Source: Eledone cirrhosa (taxonomy: Eukaryota). From it: a DNA stretch of 64,000 nucleotides. The stretch covers positions 7,874,001 through 7,938,000 of the forward strand of contig OZ024755.1 in assembly GCA_964016885.1 (NCBI GenBank), given 5' to 3'. The notes under the pieces were generated by a model, which saw only the letters and a program-made list of their open reading frames with translations, ran no database searches and was not told the DNA's origin. Below, one piece after another: positions 26,849 through 42,194 of the stretch (position 1 is the stretch's first letter; each line of letters starts with the position of its first letter). Both the position numbers and the translations under genes were made by a program.

Positions 26849-27524
26849 ATGTGTGTGTGTATCTATATATATATATATGTATATATATTACTCGCATATA
26901 AACACACCCGACCCTATTCCCATATGTGTATCGAAAAGCAGATATGGCTATTCGCTCAAATCGCTGCATCTTCCAGTACAAACATGTGTGTTTATCTGTG
27001 CATGGTGTTTGTGTTAGATGCAGCAAGAGAGATACACGTTAAAAACACATAGATCATATGTACTGACCCATCCTCTTGTCGCACATGGTTGCACCAGTAT
27101 TGAGCAGCAGCAATACAGCAGTACATCAGCACCAACAACAGTAACAGCAGCAGCAAGATAGATATATGAACACGTTCCTTTTAACTTAGTTCAGTTATCT
27201 GGGCTATTATAGAGATCTCCCTCCCTTTACAGTACCCTGTGATGTGGTTTAAAGACAACGTGCTTGCTATTTCTAACAGAATCAATGACTGCATAGAAAG
27301 GTCCCTCGTTTGCGGGTTCTAGTTATATTGAATGTCTTAATGCGTTCCGGGTTTTACGTGCAGAAGCGGGTCCAGCAATCGAAACTACGACATTATGATC
27401 CTAAGTCCAACATCCCTTACCTCTAGGCCACGCGTTTCCATGTTGTCACATGACAATGAGTCTAGCAATTGCTATTTCCTCTTCAGTCCTTCATTTGAAA
27501 GAGAGAGATAGTTAAAAAGAGAGA

Positions 27525-27564
<40 letters not shown>

Positions 27565-28173
27565 TTTTATGAGAGAGAGGGAAAAATAGTGAAAAAGAGA
27601 GAAATTGTATAAGAAAGATATATATATAGAGAGAGAGAGACAGAGAAAGAAAGAAGGAGAGAAAGAGATAGATAGATAGAGATAGAGAGAGAGAGAGAAA
27701 GAGGGGGAGGTGATAGATAAATAAAGAAATAGACATTTCTACAAAGGCATGTTTCTCAGCCAGTTGATACCGGCTATCCACCCTGGTGTTCTTAATGGAG
27801 TCAAGATTTCAATTTATCTATGTTACCTGATATCACAGTCACCAATTAACTAGAAACACCTACATGTCACCTGTGATTGTCACAATCTTCCCACCATGGA
27901 TATCACTTTAAAACACCTGTCCACACCCTCCTCTTATGCCTCCGCATCCTACTGCTCATCCTCCACAGCCCCCACTCCTCCCCCTTTTTCATTAAGCTCT
28001 CTTGTCAACGTATGTCATGTCAACCACGGCTAAAGAACCTGACTGTGGTTACTCTCCTCCATAAAACCCTACTGACTTGGATATCTGAGTTGTAAACCAA
28101 GTGTGTGTGTGTGTGAGTGTGTGTGTGCATGTGTGTGTAAGTGTGTGTGTAAGTGTGTGGGTGTATCTGTCTG

Positions 28174-28262
<89 letters not shown>

Positions 28263-28265
<3 letters not shown>

Positions 28266-28421
28266 CGTATTGGCTGAGTCGTTAAGACGTCGGAAAGAAT
28301 GCTTTATGGTATTCGTCCCTCTTTATTGAACGCTCTGAGTTCAAACCCCACCATAGTCAATTTTGCCTTTCATCCTTTCGAGGTTGATAAAAAAAAGTAC
28401 CAGGCCAGTACTGGGGTCGAT
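28263..28421 (+). mobile_element. tRNA-derived SINE
   Basis: A-box-like tggctgagtcgtt, B-box gagttcaaacc, gccttttcatcctttcgaggttgataa..gtaccag. Confidence 0.75.
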
Positions 28422-28585
28422 TTTTCCTCTATAGAAAAAATCGGCTAGGTTCAGACCTGGAGAGGGTTGGGCTCCCCCAGGCTTAAAAGTGCCCTAGACA
28501 CACCATATGACGAGGACTCTACGACTCCACAAGGAGTTATGGCATCTTTATCCTGTTACACACACACATATATACATATATATAT

Positions 28586-28769
28586 AAAACGAAGGAAGTG
28601 TGGAAAGGCACCAGATGGACCATAACGCACTCAATACTTAGGGTAGTAGAGTGGGTAATAGGAAAATGTTTAACCCCGACGGCAGAGCACAAGCCGTTTC
28701 GACAGCTATTTCAGAAATAGCCGTCGAAAGGGCTTGAGCTCTGCCGTCGGAGTTGAACATTTTCCTATA
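28586..28769. mobile_element. Family B element with ~55-bp terminal fold-back
   Basis: Arms ggaaaatgtt..ccccgacggcagagc..gtttcgacagctatttc / gaaatagccgtcgaaa..gctctgccgtcgg..aacattttcc. Confidence 0.75.
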
Positions 28770-28960
28770 GATAGATAGATAGATAGATAGATTGATAGAT
28801 AGATGAGGAAGTACAGCTGATATGATTTGTCGATGTATTTAACAGGCGTTGATGTCCAATATCGATCTACAATAAAACTGTCAACAAGAACGACTGCATC
28901 TACTATATTATGGCGTGGCTATGTACACACACACATGTATACATACATATATACATATAC

Positions 28961-28992
<32 letters not shown>

Positions 28993-29924
28993 TATTTTCT
29001 CTCTCTCTCTTTCTTCCTTTCTCTTTCTCCCTCACTCTGTCTCTCTCTCTTTCTGGAAGAAATTGGCTCTGCTGAACCCTGCAGAAAGATGGGCGTCCCC
29101 AGTTTCATAAAAAGCATGACGGCGCACCTACGAATCCGTTAAGAGTAATGAAATCATTTGGTCAACAAGAGCAATACAGAAGCCTGCTAGAAACAGCAAC
29201 TAAATCTCCCTCAAATCACATTCTAACATCTTTAAAAATCAATGTTGCTAGATTTTAAGCAAGACTTCCAGTCTTAGAATAACCTCCACCTCCTCTTTAC
29301 TGCTTTGTTCCTGCCAAGCTCGAATCCTCTGAAATATATCGGCGTCATTGCCCTTCCTCCTACGTATATATCATTTGAAAAGACAAAAACAAAACAAAAT
29401 ATAATAACCAGAGAATCACAATGTACACCAAGTAAAAGTATTCACTCTATTATATTTAGCTTGGCAACTATAAGGTAGCTTTCTATTATATAACCATCTG
29501 TACTGACATATGTTCTATTGTGCAAGAATAATAGCAAATACAATCACAGTTTGTGATAACAGCGACATCTATCGTCACTTAGATAAAATATGTAAAGTCT
29601 ATATCAATGTTAATCCTTGCAAACAACTGGCATCATGAATTACTAATCAACCTCACTTCCCTCTCTCTTATATATATACATACAGTCTTTCTCTGTAACT
29701 CTCTGTCTTTCACACACAGACTCTCTCTCCCTCTCTCTCTCCCTCTCTCTCTCTTTCATATATATACACACAGTTTTCTCTCTCTGTCTTTCACACACAG
29801 ACTCTCTCTCTCACTCTCTCTAACACCCTATTTCTCTCTCTCCTCTCATTACTCAATCAACTTTTCCTTTCCCTTCAAATTGATGGCCTTGTGCCAAATA
29901 TAGAAACAGTCACTTGTATTACAT

Positions 29925-30150
29925 AAGGGTGTCGGTTTGGCAACATTCGTAGAGCGTCGAACAAAATGTTTTGCGATATCTAGTTACAGCTCTTTATATT
30001 CTGAGTTCAAATCCGGCCTTGATCAACTTAGCTTTTCATTCTTCCAAGGTCGATAAATTAAAGTACCAGTAATACAGTGAGGTTAGTATAATCGTATTTC
30101 CTCTTCACCCAAAATTGTTGGCTTTGTGTAGAAATCAGAAATCATTATTC
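29925..30150 (+). mobile_element. tRNA-derived SINE, near full length
   Basis: ctgagttcaaatcc..ttttcattcttccaaggtcgataaattaaagtaccag..ggctttgtg..agaaatcattatt. Confidence 0.7.
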
Positions 30151-30172
30151 ATATTATATATATATATATAAT

Positions 30173-30205
<33 letters not shown>

Positions 30206-30262
30206 CTTCCTTTTCCTCTTTAAATTAACAAACACACACATACATATATATATATATATAAA

Positions 30263-30300
<38 letters not shown>

Positions 30301-30629
30301 AGAGTTCATCATGATAGACCTGAAAACATACGTGCAATCACTCAATCTTAATGTATGCATATATACACACTTATGTACATCAGCATGTAGTATGTATATC
30401 AACAGAAATATATTAACAAACATATACATATTCATATATACACCAGTAATCCTTATATTAACCTCTAAAATAAACACAATAACACTGAAATGTCTAACAT
30501 ACAGTTTAACTAAAATATGTCACTGTCGAAACATTTCTACACACCCAATATGTATACATATGTGTAAACAATGTTATATATTCATATATTTTAACACGTG
30601 TGTAGTATGGTCGTGTGTGTGTGTGTGTA

Positions 30630-30695
<66 letters not shown>

Positions 30696-30841
30696 GTTGA
30701 TGAATTTATATATGCAAATATATGCAGAAAACAACATATTGACCTCTGACAGCAGTACTCCAGCGTGGCCCTGATAGCATGATTAACATAAAATAAAAAA
30801 ATGAAATAACATAGTACACGCACACACACACCTACACACAT

Positions 30842-30897
<56 letters not shown>

Positions 30898-30898
<1 letters not shown>

Positions 30899-31045
30899 GG
30901 AAAAGAGTCAGGACCCCGACGGCTGAGCTCCGGCCGTTTCGACAGCTAGTTCTGAACTCTCTTCCTATTACCCACTCTACAACCCTAAGTATCGAGTACT
31001 CTGGTGCCTTTATGGTCCACCTGGTTCCTTACCACACTTCCTTCG

Positions 31046-31048
<3 letters not shown>
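30898..31048. mobile_element. Family B element (opposite orientation)
   Basis: Inverted ggaaaagagtcaggaccccgacgg arm joined to cctattacccactctac...ttccttcgttata; flanked by (TA)n. Confidence 0.75.
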
Positions 31049-31112
<64 letters not shown>

Positions 31113-32013
31113 TTAAAACAGTGATATATACAGGTACTTAAGTTTCGTTGGGTTATACACCCCAACTCATCCACCCTGTGGTATAAAGATAGGTGGCCAC
31201 TACCGTGATTGAATGCATTTTCTTTTGGAAAGAATATATGAGAGCTCTGTACATATATATATATATATGTGTGTATTTGTGTGATTGTGTGTGCCTATCT
31301 ACCTGTTTGTATCTATGTATATATGTAACGCTTACTATTTGTTTATATATCATACGTTTACATAGATGTTCGATAAAATGAGATCGATAAAATAAGTACA
31401 AGACTTCAAACAAAAAAAAACAAAAAAACAAGTAGGGGGATCGGTAAAATTGATGAAATCCCTTCAATGTTGTGCTCCAGTATGGCCACAGTCCAATGAC
31501 TGGATCCAATAAAAAAATAAAAGTATAAAAGAATATATGTAAGTGAATTGGAAACTGTTCAAGAAAATATCAGGAAATCTTTATCGAGTGCTTAATGTTC
31601 TCCTTCCACTTATTAGACCATTCCAAGAATTCCTTAGCTGCCGTCTCTATTGACATTACTGTCTTGGAGGATAATTTGTAGTTTTTTGATGGCTCTCTCT
31701 CTTTTTAATATAAACATATAAACATATATACATATATACATACATACATATATACATACAACCCTACAAACATACATACATAGATACATACATATATATA
31801 CATACATATACATACATATATATATACATATAAACATACATATATACATACATACATAGATATATACATACGTACATACATACATGTATGCATAATATAG
31901 ACAAACATTCATTGACACTTATTTCTCTATTTATGCGTGTAATCACACACACCAAGCACACACACATGTGCACACGCACACACACATGTACACACGGGCA
32001 CACACACTCAGAC

Positions 32014-32093
<80 letters not shown>

Positions 32094-32249
32094 ACACACA
32101 CACATATATATATATAGTGTGTGGGATATGTATGCAAACATAGTTATATACTCACATTTTATTGATTTCTAACATTTACACAAGGGTAACATGTGTTTAT
32201 ACCCTCATACCACACAAGGAACACACACACATCTTATTATTATTAATGT

Positions 32250-32385
32250 GAGGGCGAAGGATTAGCAGCATCAGTAGAGCATCGGATAACATAATTTGCG
32301 ATATATTGTTCAAATCCCGCCGAGGTTAGGTTTGCCTTTCATCCTTACGAGGTCGATAAAATTTAGTACCAGTAATGCACTGGTC
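32250..32385 (+). mobile_element. tRNA-derived SINE
   Basis: gttcaaatcccgccgaggtt..tttgcctttcatccttacgaggtcgataaa..gtaccag. Confidence 0.7.
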
Positions 32386-32937
32386 AACGAAAGTGACCAT
32401 CTATCTGGTTATGAGGAAAATCAAAGGATATTAAGCTAATTGGAACGGTTGATATCTCGCTTTGGAAATAAACCAGAAAATACATTCAAGGAAAAAAGAA
32501 AAGACCCGATCATCAAATCGGATCAAGGAGACAATGTTTTTATTGATCTTTCAATTGTTGCTACCACCTGTTGGTGGCTCCTCTTGGCAAAACTGATAGA
32601 ACCAGATCATATACCGAAAAGTATATTGTCCAGAGCTTTAAAAGGTCTGCTAATTTATCTTCCCTTAGGTCTGGTAGTTTATTTATCGACCCTGAAAGGA
32701 GGAATGAAAAGTTGGCTTCGGCAGGATTTGATCTCAAAGCACAGTGAATCGCAAAAAAAAATCCAAGCTATTTAATCCCATGTCATACCAACTCTGTCAT
32801 TAATTAGCCGCTTCATGAAGAACAACCTACACCAATGACCGCCATCAAAGACAACCCTCACCAGCAAGACCATCAGAGAAAATTATATATAAAGACTAAT
32901 AGAATAAAAGGCACTCTGGAAGGTGTCCATATATACA

Positions 32938-32966
32938 TTGTAATATCAATTTGCTATAGCAAGGTG

Positions 32967-32997
<31 letters not shown>

Positions 32998-33218
32998 TAT
33001 AATATCAATTTGCTATAAAACGGAAGAAAGGTGTACATACACATATGCATACACATACATATATATATAGATACATACATACACTGCAATATCAATTTGC
33101 TATACGTTGGGAACAAGGTGTGTATATATATTAAATATATATATATATATATATATATACACTAAAAATATCAATTTGCTATACAATGGAAGCAAGGTGT
33201 GCATATACATACACATAC

Positions 33219-33299
<81 letters not shown>

Positions 33300-33368
33300 A
33301 TAACAAAATAAATCCTGCAAATAAATCCCCTTTTTTGTACTGTGTGACCATGTTATTCTCCACTTTTC

Positions 33369-33399
<31 letters not shown>

Positions 33400-33430
33400 C
33401 ATACACTGCAACATCAATTTGCTATACAAG
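32938..33430. repeat. Compound minisatellite: aa(t/c)atcaatttgctata units separated by variable (TA)/(CA) tracts
   Basis: Motif at ~32943, 33001, 33088, 33167 and 33410. Confidence 0.8.
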
Positions 33431-33911
33431 GGAAAACGCAAGATTTCTATTATAAAGCTGAAAATATGTTTATCTATTTGAATCCTTCCGGAATAAACAG
33501 ACGGGATATTATATATAGGATGATATATTAAAGATGTAAAAGATAGACAACCACGTGTCAAAAAACCACCAAGATGTCGACAGCAGTGAATACGGGAGTA
33601 GAAGAGACATGGGCTGGAGCAAGAGGGAAAAATAACAACCAAAAACTAAATATATTCCATTTGACATGAAAGTCAAAAGGAAAACAAGTCTCTCACTGAT
33701 TGTGTTGTCAAATTTTACAAAATTACATTTCAAAACTGCATCCTTTGGGACTTTGGGAGCGAGATTCCATAAGAAACAACAGCTAAAACATCATCTAAGC
33801 GTGCAGTTGGTTTCGCTAATTTTGCTTATATCATTGTGTGTGCATTTGCATGCGTATTCATACGCATACGTATATATATATATTTATACATATAGATATA
33901 TAGATATATTT

Positions 33912-34001
<90 letters not shown>

Positions 34002-34023
34002 TATATATATACATATTTATATA

Positions 34024-34086
<63 letters not shown>

Positions 34087-34251
34087 ATACTTGGGGAGGA
34101 TCATATTTGTGTAATAATATTGGCAGAATTAATAACAGAACATACTCACTGTTTGGTTGGTTTTAGCCTCTGTCTCTTTTATATCGGTTAATTTAATTTA
34201 TTCGGTACTCAATGTTACCATTGACTGACCAGCGGTCAAAAAAAAAAATAA

Positions 34252-34295
<44 letters not shown>

Positions 34296-34406
34296 TTATA
34301 CCTATATATATATTTATACATATATATATATATTTATACATATATATATATATATATTTATACATATATATATATATTTATACATATATATATATATTTA
34401 TACATA

Positions 34407-34454
<48 letters not shown>

Positions 34455-34571
34455 CGTATGCGTATGAATACGTCTGTAAATGCACATACAATGATATAAG
34501 CAACAAAATTAGCGAAACCAACTGCACGCTCAGATGATGCTTTATATATATATTTTTATTTATTTATATAT

Positions 34572-34627
<56 letters not shown>

Positions 34628-34846
34628 GCGAGAGAGAGCGAGAGAGAGAGAGAGAGGGAAGAGTGAGTGAATGAGAAGGAGAGAGAAAGGGGAAGAAAGA
34701 GATAGATAGATGGACATAAGTTTAAGTTATATACAAGAACGCATAGGTGTGTCTATTTGTATAGAGGATGCGCGTATGTATGTATATGTTACGGTATATA
34801 TGTATGTATATAGATATGTATGTACGTATATTTGTATGTATGTACG

Positions 34847-34877
<31 letters not shown>

Positions 34878-34881
34878 TTAT

Positions 34882-35000
34882 GTCCCATGGTCGGGTCGTT
34901 GGCGACTAAACTGGCAACCCTACCAAGGTATCTTGGTGAGGAGGGTGACTTTGGACATCCTGCAGGACTAAAAACAAAACCTGTCAAAGGGCAAAGGAGC
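34882..35000 (+). mobile_element. RTE-like 5'UTR-derived repeat fragment
   Basis: catggtcgggtcgttggcgactaaactggcaaccc...ggactaaaaacaaaacctgtca is near-identical to the minus copy at 62095-62195. Confidence 0.6.
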
Positions 35001-35753
35001 TCTCTCTGCACTTGTCGTCACATGGTACCATGGGCCCAGCACTATGTGTCAATAATTGTCACAAGTGTAGTGTTTGTACCAGAGTTTTCAAGTCGCTGGC
35101 TGGACTAAAAAGTCACACTCGTTCAGCGCATCGGTAGGGGTTCTCCTACATGGATATAAAGTAGTGGCCGTACTCGAAAACGAGTTGGCAGCCACCATGT
35201 ATATGTTACGGTATATATTTATCTGTAGAGGAATATATTGTCATAGAAGTCAGTTTATGTAGACCATGGGAGTTTTATATTTTTATTAATATCGATCTTC
35301 AAAACTATATACAATGAAATTGATTTGTTGCTATAGTAACGCATACGTACACTTCCTCTCTCTCTCCACACACACATATACAAACTTGTACACACACACA
35401 GACACACAGACACGCACGTATATATATATATATTACTCTTTTACCTATTACGGTCACCCGGCTGAGGCAATGCTAGGGCACCACCCTTGATTAAATAAAA
35501 ACTTGACCAGGATTGAACCCAAGGTCAGGATCTCCACCGTCTCTAGTACCTACCTCTCGCCCACAGAGACAACTATATATACATATGCTTGGCGGTCTTG
35601 TTTTAACCCTTCAAGCTTCGCTTTTTCCTAACTTTACCATTTCCTAAGAAAGGACTACTGTCCGATACGTTGAGAAATTCTTTTTACTTTTCTATCAAGC
35701 GTGAAACTGATAATATTCTGTGTTATTCTTCTCTGCCTTTTTGAATCTTGAAC

Positions 35754-35791
<38 letters not shown>

Positions 35792-35841
35792 AAGGAAGAG
35801 ACAGAGATCCATATGTATATATATATATACATATTTATATA

Positions 35842-35916
<75 letters not shown>

Positions 35917-35925
35917 GTATATATG

Positions 35926-35974
<49 letters not shown>

Positions 35975-36261
35975 CTTTTGATTCTAGGTATGTAGAAAGT
36001 CATTCAGTAGAATTCCTGCGATATATAATTAGTGTGCGACGGGCGTATCTATCTGTTTTCTTTTTCTTATTTCTTTTATTTCTGAGAGACAGGGTAGGCG
36101 TCGAAGTGTGTGTGTGTGTGTGTGTCTGTGTGTGTGTGTGTATTTGGGAATACATACTGAGTGAAAGCGTACAAGATGTACATCTAACTTCCGCTTCTGT
36201 ACGTATTTTTATATATGTACCTGTGTGGTGTGTATGTGTGTATGTATATATATATATATAT

Positions 36262-36328
<67 letters not shown>

Positions 36329-36390
36329 TATATAAATGTGTGTGTATATATGTGTGTGTATATATATGTTTACGTATACGTATATATATA

Positions 36391-36436
<46 letters not shown>

Positions 36437-36944
36437 TATTCATATGTGTATATGTGTAGGTGAGTGTGTACGTGTATGTGTATATATGCGCGTGTATGTG
36501 TATATATGCGCGTGTGTGTGTATGCTTATGTGTATCTGTGTGTGTGTATGTTTGTCTATATTTGGGAATACATATGGATTGAAAGGTTGTAAGCTGTAGA
36601 AACATCTACCGTCTGTTTATGTGTGAAGACAAGCTACAGAAAAGGTATTCAATGCTATATAGTAATAACGGCGGTCACCAGCGAAAATAATAAGAATTAA
36701 TGGAGAAAATAATACCTGACAGAATTCTACCTACGTCACTCAAGAGTCTCAATCACACTGGTTTTTCTAGGGAAAATGTTATATTTGTTATATTTAAAAA
36801 AACTGTCTATCTGTCTCTCTTTATATCTATTTGTCTTTCTATGAATTTATCTATCTATCTATCCATTTTGTCTGTCTGATTATCTATCTATATTTCTGTC
36901 TATCTGTCTATCTATCTATCAGTCCATCCGTTTATATATATATT

Positions 36945-36985
<41 letters not shown>

Positions 36986-37023
36986 TTATATATACATATA
37001 CATACAAACACACACACACACAC

Positions 37024-37064
<41 letters not shown>

Positions 37065-37068
<4 letters not shown>

Positions 37069-37376
37069 AAAATGTATGACCCCGACGGCAGAGCTATTAG
37101 AGACCAGAAATAGCCGTCGAAACGGCTTGAGCTCTGCCGTCGAGGTCATACATTTTCCTATTACCCACTCTACTACCCTAAGTATTGAGTACTCTGGCGT
37201 GTTATGATCCATCTGGTTCCTTAACACAACTCCTTCGTTATATATATATCTATCGTCGAAACGGCTTGAGCTCAGCTGTCGGGGTCTTACTGGTTCCTAT
37301 TACCCACTCTACTACCTCAAGTATTGAGTACTTTGGTGCGTTATGGTCCACCTGGTTCCTTACCATATTTCCTTCG

Positions 37377-37380
<4 letters not shown>
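37065..37380 (+). mobile_element. Two tandem family B elements
   Basis: Units ~37065-37240 and ~37253-37380, each with cgtcgaaacggcttgagctc..gtcg.ggtc and the same tail. Confidence 0.75.
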
Positions 37381-37472
<92 letters not shown>

Positions 37473-37830
37473 ATATACAGCAATAACTAAAAATCAATGT
37501 ATCTATATATCTCACCTTCTATATATGTGTATATCAATGTGTGTAGGTGGGGCTTATATATATTAATATAAAGGTTTCTTTATGTGTTTTGACGGCATTT
37601 CGCCATTGTCATTCACTGTACCATCTCAATCCAAGTTGATGAGACATATCTTTTGGCAGATTATGTTAGAGTCACTGGAGACTGCAGCGCTTCATCAGGA
37701 ACTACAAGGTTTTTTTTCTTCATGGTTTTGTTTTGCCGAAGAATGGTGAAGGCAAATAGAAAAATATCATCTCTCTATATATATATATATGTATGTATAT
37801 ATATATATATATATGTGTGTGTGTATATAT

Positions 37831-37900
<70 letters not shown>

Positions 37901-37930
37901 TTATTTATATACTTTTCATTTATAAATATT

Positions 37931-37963
<33 letters not shown>

Positions 37964-37996
37964 GTGTATATATATATGTGTGTGTGTATATATATA

Positions 37997-38076
<80 letters not shown>

Positions 38077-40699
38077 TATGTGTATGTGGTGGGGTACATA
38101 TGTATGTGTTCGCGTATGTGTCTGTGTTGATTTCGGCACTGATTAGCCAATACTATAAATACCTTTGGTTAAAGATATCCCCCTCTGTAGCATCATGTTC
38201 ATTGTGTATTTAGTACAATATATGGTATTAAGAACACCTCCAACCTTTTTTTAAAACAGTAGGGGTAAAATTGAGGCAGATATCGCTACCATTTTTAGTA
38301 GATCCAGCGTCCACTTAGAGGATTTGATTTTGGATCGTTTGATTATATATCGATTGCCGGGATCTTCCAAAGTATTTGATCTGTAATTGTCATATTAGTT
38401 GTTGTTTCTGCTTCACCGGAAACGGAAGTGACTTCTCAACAGCAAAATTGCCGACATCTCAAGTTTGACATTGTGATTTTCTGGAACGCTAATTATTAAC
38501 AATGTTGGATGTGGTTGAGGTTAATATCTACAAGTTATAGGTGTTAGTCATGGTGGTGATGGTGATGGTAGTGGTGGAGGTGGTGGTGGTGGAGGTGATT
38601 GTGGTGGTTGTGGAGGTGGTGGTGGTGGTGGTGGTGGAGGTGGTGGTGGAGGTGATGGTAGTGGTTGTGGTGTGGTGGTGGAGGTGGTGGTGGTGGGTGT
38701 GTGGTTAATATCTACAGCTTATAGGTGTTAGTCATGGTGGTGGGGAACTGGGGAGAGGGGGTGATGGTGGTATTGGTAGTGGTTTGGGGGTTAGTTTCTA
38801 CAACTTATTGGTGTTATTTTTTAGTGGTTAGTTGGTTGTGGTGGTGGTTGTGATGATTCTGACAGTAGATGTCATGGTAGTGGTGGTTGTGGTTGTGCTA
38901 GTTGTGGTGGTGGCGGTTTTGGTGGTAGTAGTAGTAGTCGTAGTGGTGATTATTATTGTTAATCTGAGTTAGCACAATTATGCTCAAAGTTATTTCAAAT
39001 GGGACAAAGCTATATCTGTCTTTTTTCCATAAAAAGGGAACCCCATATCTTCCAATATAGTAAACTGAGATTTAAGGGAGATTTAGTTGCCATTTTTAGC
39101 AAATTTGAACAGCCACATATAGGCTCCCTCGTGGGTCCCTATCGTCAATATAATCATCATTGTTGTTGTTTTTGTTGTTATTGATAGTGATGTTATCATG
39201 ATGGAGGTGAATTACGTATGATCAAATTCTTTCCAAGCGTGCCCACCCCGTCTTTTTAACTTATTCTAATATTCCTGTACCATTTATATGACAGTAGCTT
39301 GTGATTTGAAATGAAATCTTGGCTGTTATGTCTAGTAAACAGAACAACCATATAGAAGCAGCATCGACCGCCTTGTGATAAGTTCCCTGTTGATATTCAA
39401 CCCCAGGCCAGCTCTGGTCTCTAAACAAAGACTCTCCAGATATGACCAGCAAGATGGCTTCCTTTTTCAGACATATTGTATTTAGAACTAATATTAACTA
39501 GTGTGTGTGTGGTTGTGTGTCTGTGTTGTGTGTGTTGTGTGTGAGTGTCTATGTCTCAGTCTGTACGTGTGTGTGTCTGGTAGTATGTTTGTGTGTGTGT
39601 GTGTATTTGAGTTTTTCCTTGCTTAACTCCAATTACATTCGGCTGAATTTATATGTATGTGTGTTTGTGAGTTTATCTATGTATATGTGTAGGTGTATGC
39701 CTAAGTTGGTCTGTACGTGTGTGTGTGTGAGTTTGTGCGTGTGCGAGCCTGAGTTGGCATGTGTAGGTGCATGTGATTGTGTATGTGTATGTGTATGTGT
39801 GTGTCTATATGTGTTTGTGTTTAAGTGTGCGAACATGAGTTGGTATGTGTGTGTGTGTGACTGTGTATGTGTGAGTGTGTGAGTGTGTGTCTGTGTGTGT
39901 TCGAGCATGAGTTGCTAAGTATGTGTATGTTTATGTATGTGTGTACGTGTTTGTGTGTGTGTATGTGTGCGTGTATGTGTGAGCCTGAGTTGGTAAGTAT
40001 ATATGTGTGTGTGTGTGTGACTGTATATGTGTATGTATGTGTGTGCTTATGTGGGTGCGAGCATGAGTTTCTATATACGCGCGTGTATGCAATATATATG
40101 TGTGTATGCATGTATATATGTGTGTATATGTGTGCTTATGTGGGTCTGTATTTGTGTTATTCCTTTGCTTACCTCCCATTACATTATGTTGTGTTTGTGT
40201 AATAAGATAAGGAGGTCACACGGACTACGATCTCATACATGTTTATAGGCAATATTTCACAACACGTAATGAGCATTTAACTTAATCATATTGAATCCAC
40301 TCTGTATTCGATCTACTGTCGAAGCAGATGAACAATAAGAAGCTGAAGGGAATGCAATAGAAATATATTTCAATTTATGAACCATGCGATCAGATATATT
40401 TCTGGTAGGAACCTGTGTTCACCCCCAGGGCTGATAATATCAGCTTATTTTATCTCACTTTCACACTCTCACAAATATACAGAAATACCTAGTCGAAACC
40501 CCCACGACCGACCCGACCAATGTATGTCCATCTAGAAATGAAATTAGATCCATTATATATATATATATATATATACATATATATATTATATATGTACATG
40601 CATACATACATATGTACATACATACGTTTATTAGTGATATATTATTGTGTGGTGTGTTTTTTTGGCCAGCTTATCCTTGTTTTTTTATGTTGTTGAGAC

Positions 40700-40753
<54 letters not shown>

Positions 40754-40962
40754 TATATAATCAGAGAAGCCAAATCTATGCGTGTGTGTGTATATATATA
40801 TATATATGTATATATATAATCAGACAAGCTAAATCTACAACTTCTCCTAAGCTTCAGGCTGGTTACCAACCTGATTTTCCAAACTCAATTTCCTAGTAAT
40901 ACGATAGAACAGGACGATGCATGTATACAAGTGTCTATCGTTTTCTCTCCCTATCTATCTGT

Positions 40963-41021
<59 letters not shown>

Positions 41022-41148
41022 CTACCTATATATCTGTCCGTCTATATATCAATGTATCTATGTATCTATCTGTCTGTTTGTCTCTTTATCTATCAATCTA
41101 TCTATCTATCTATCTTCCTCTATTGACCTATATATATATTCACGTATT

Positions 41149-41219
<71 letters not shown>

Positions 41220-41287
41220 CTGTCCCTCTCAATCAATCTATTTATCTATCCATCTCTTTCTCTCCCTCTCAATCAATCAATCAATCA

Positions 41288-41335
<48 letters not shown>

Positions 41336-42150
41336 CCTTGTCTATTATCTGCTAGACAATTACTCAAAGTATTTCAGCAGGAAGACGAGATCGAAACCAT
41401 TTTCATACTTCAGGTGTCATATTGTTTTATTGACTAAGTTCTGCTTACAGTTATTTGTTTTGGTTTATCTTAGAAGATGCTCTTTCTCCCAACAAACAGC
41501 TCTTATTTCATGGCATGGTGCTAAGATAACGGTAAAGATGGAACTGCTGAAATAATTCAGTTAATTTTATTGTTGCCCAATCAATCTATGGTTTTGAACT
41601 GTTCCTTTCGAAAACACCCGGCGTTTCCATGTGTGTAAACATATAAACATACTAATTACTTCAGCAAGTAGGGGAAAGAACTCCGGACATGTTTTGGACA
41701 TATGATGTCGTCAGTGAAGCATATACCTTACTGTTCTTGCCGAAGTAATGGAATTAAAAGTTCTCTTTTTTTCGATATCATCTGATATCTTGCAAGATGA
41801 AATAATAATATATTAAGCTATATTTTCTGGTGTTAAACAAAATGGCTAGATTCGGACGTTAAGCGAAACAGATCGGAAAGTGAATTGGAAATATTTTATT
41901 TTCAAGTGGGCGTTACACATAATGGTTTTAATCCCTGATCATTTTTACAAATAGGCTCAATATCTTAACCCCACCATCACCACCATCACCACGCTTTAAT
42001 GACGCATATGTGCATGTATCTGTGAATGCACGCGTGTGTGTCTGTGTTTATATGCATATACATGTACACATGTTCACATTCTTTATCCTTCATTATACAT
42101 GCTTTCACACATGGATTCACATATAGAAAGAAAGCGAGAGATGGTGAGAG

Positions 42151-42194
<44 letters not shown>

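Noticed and set aside
32938-33430. Repeat-spacer pattern superficially like a CRISPR array
   Set aside because: Eukaryotic context, spacers are variable-length microsatellites, no cas genes.
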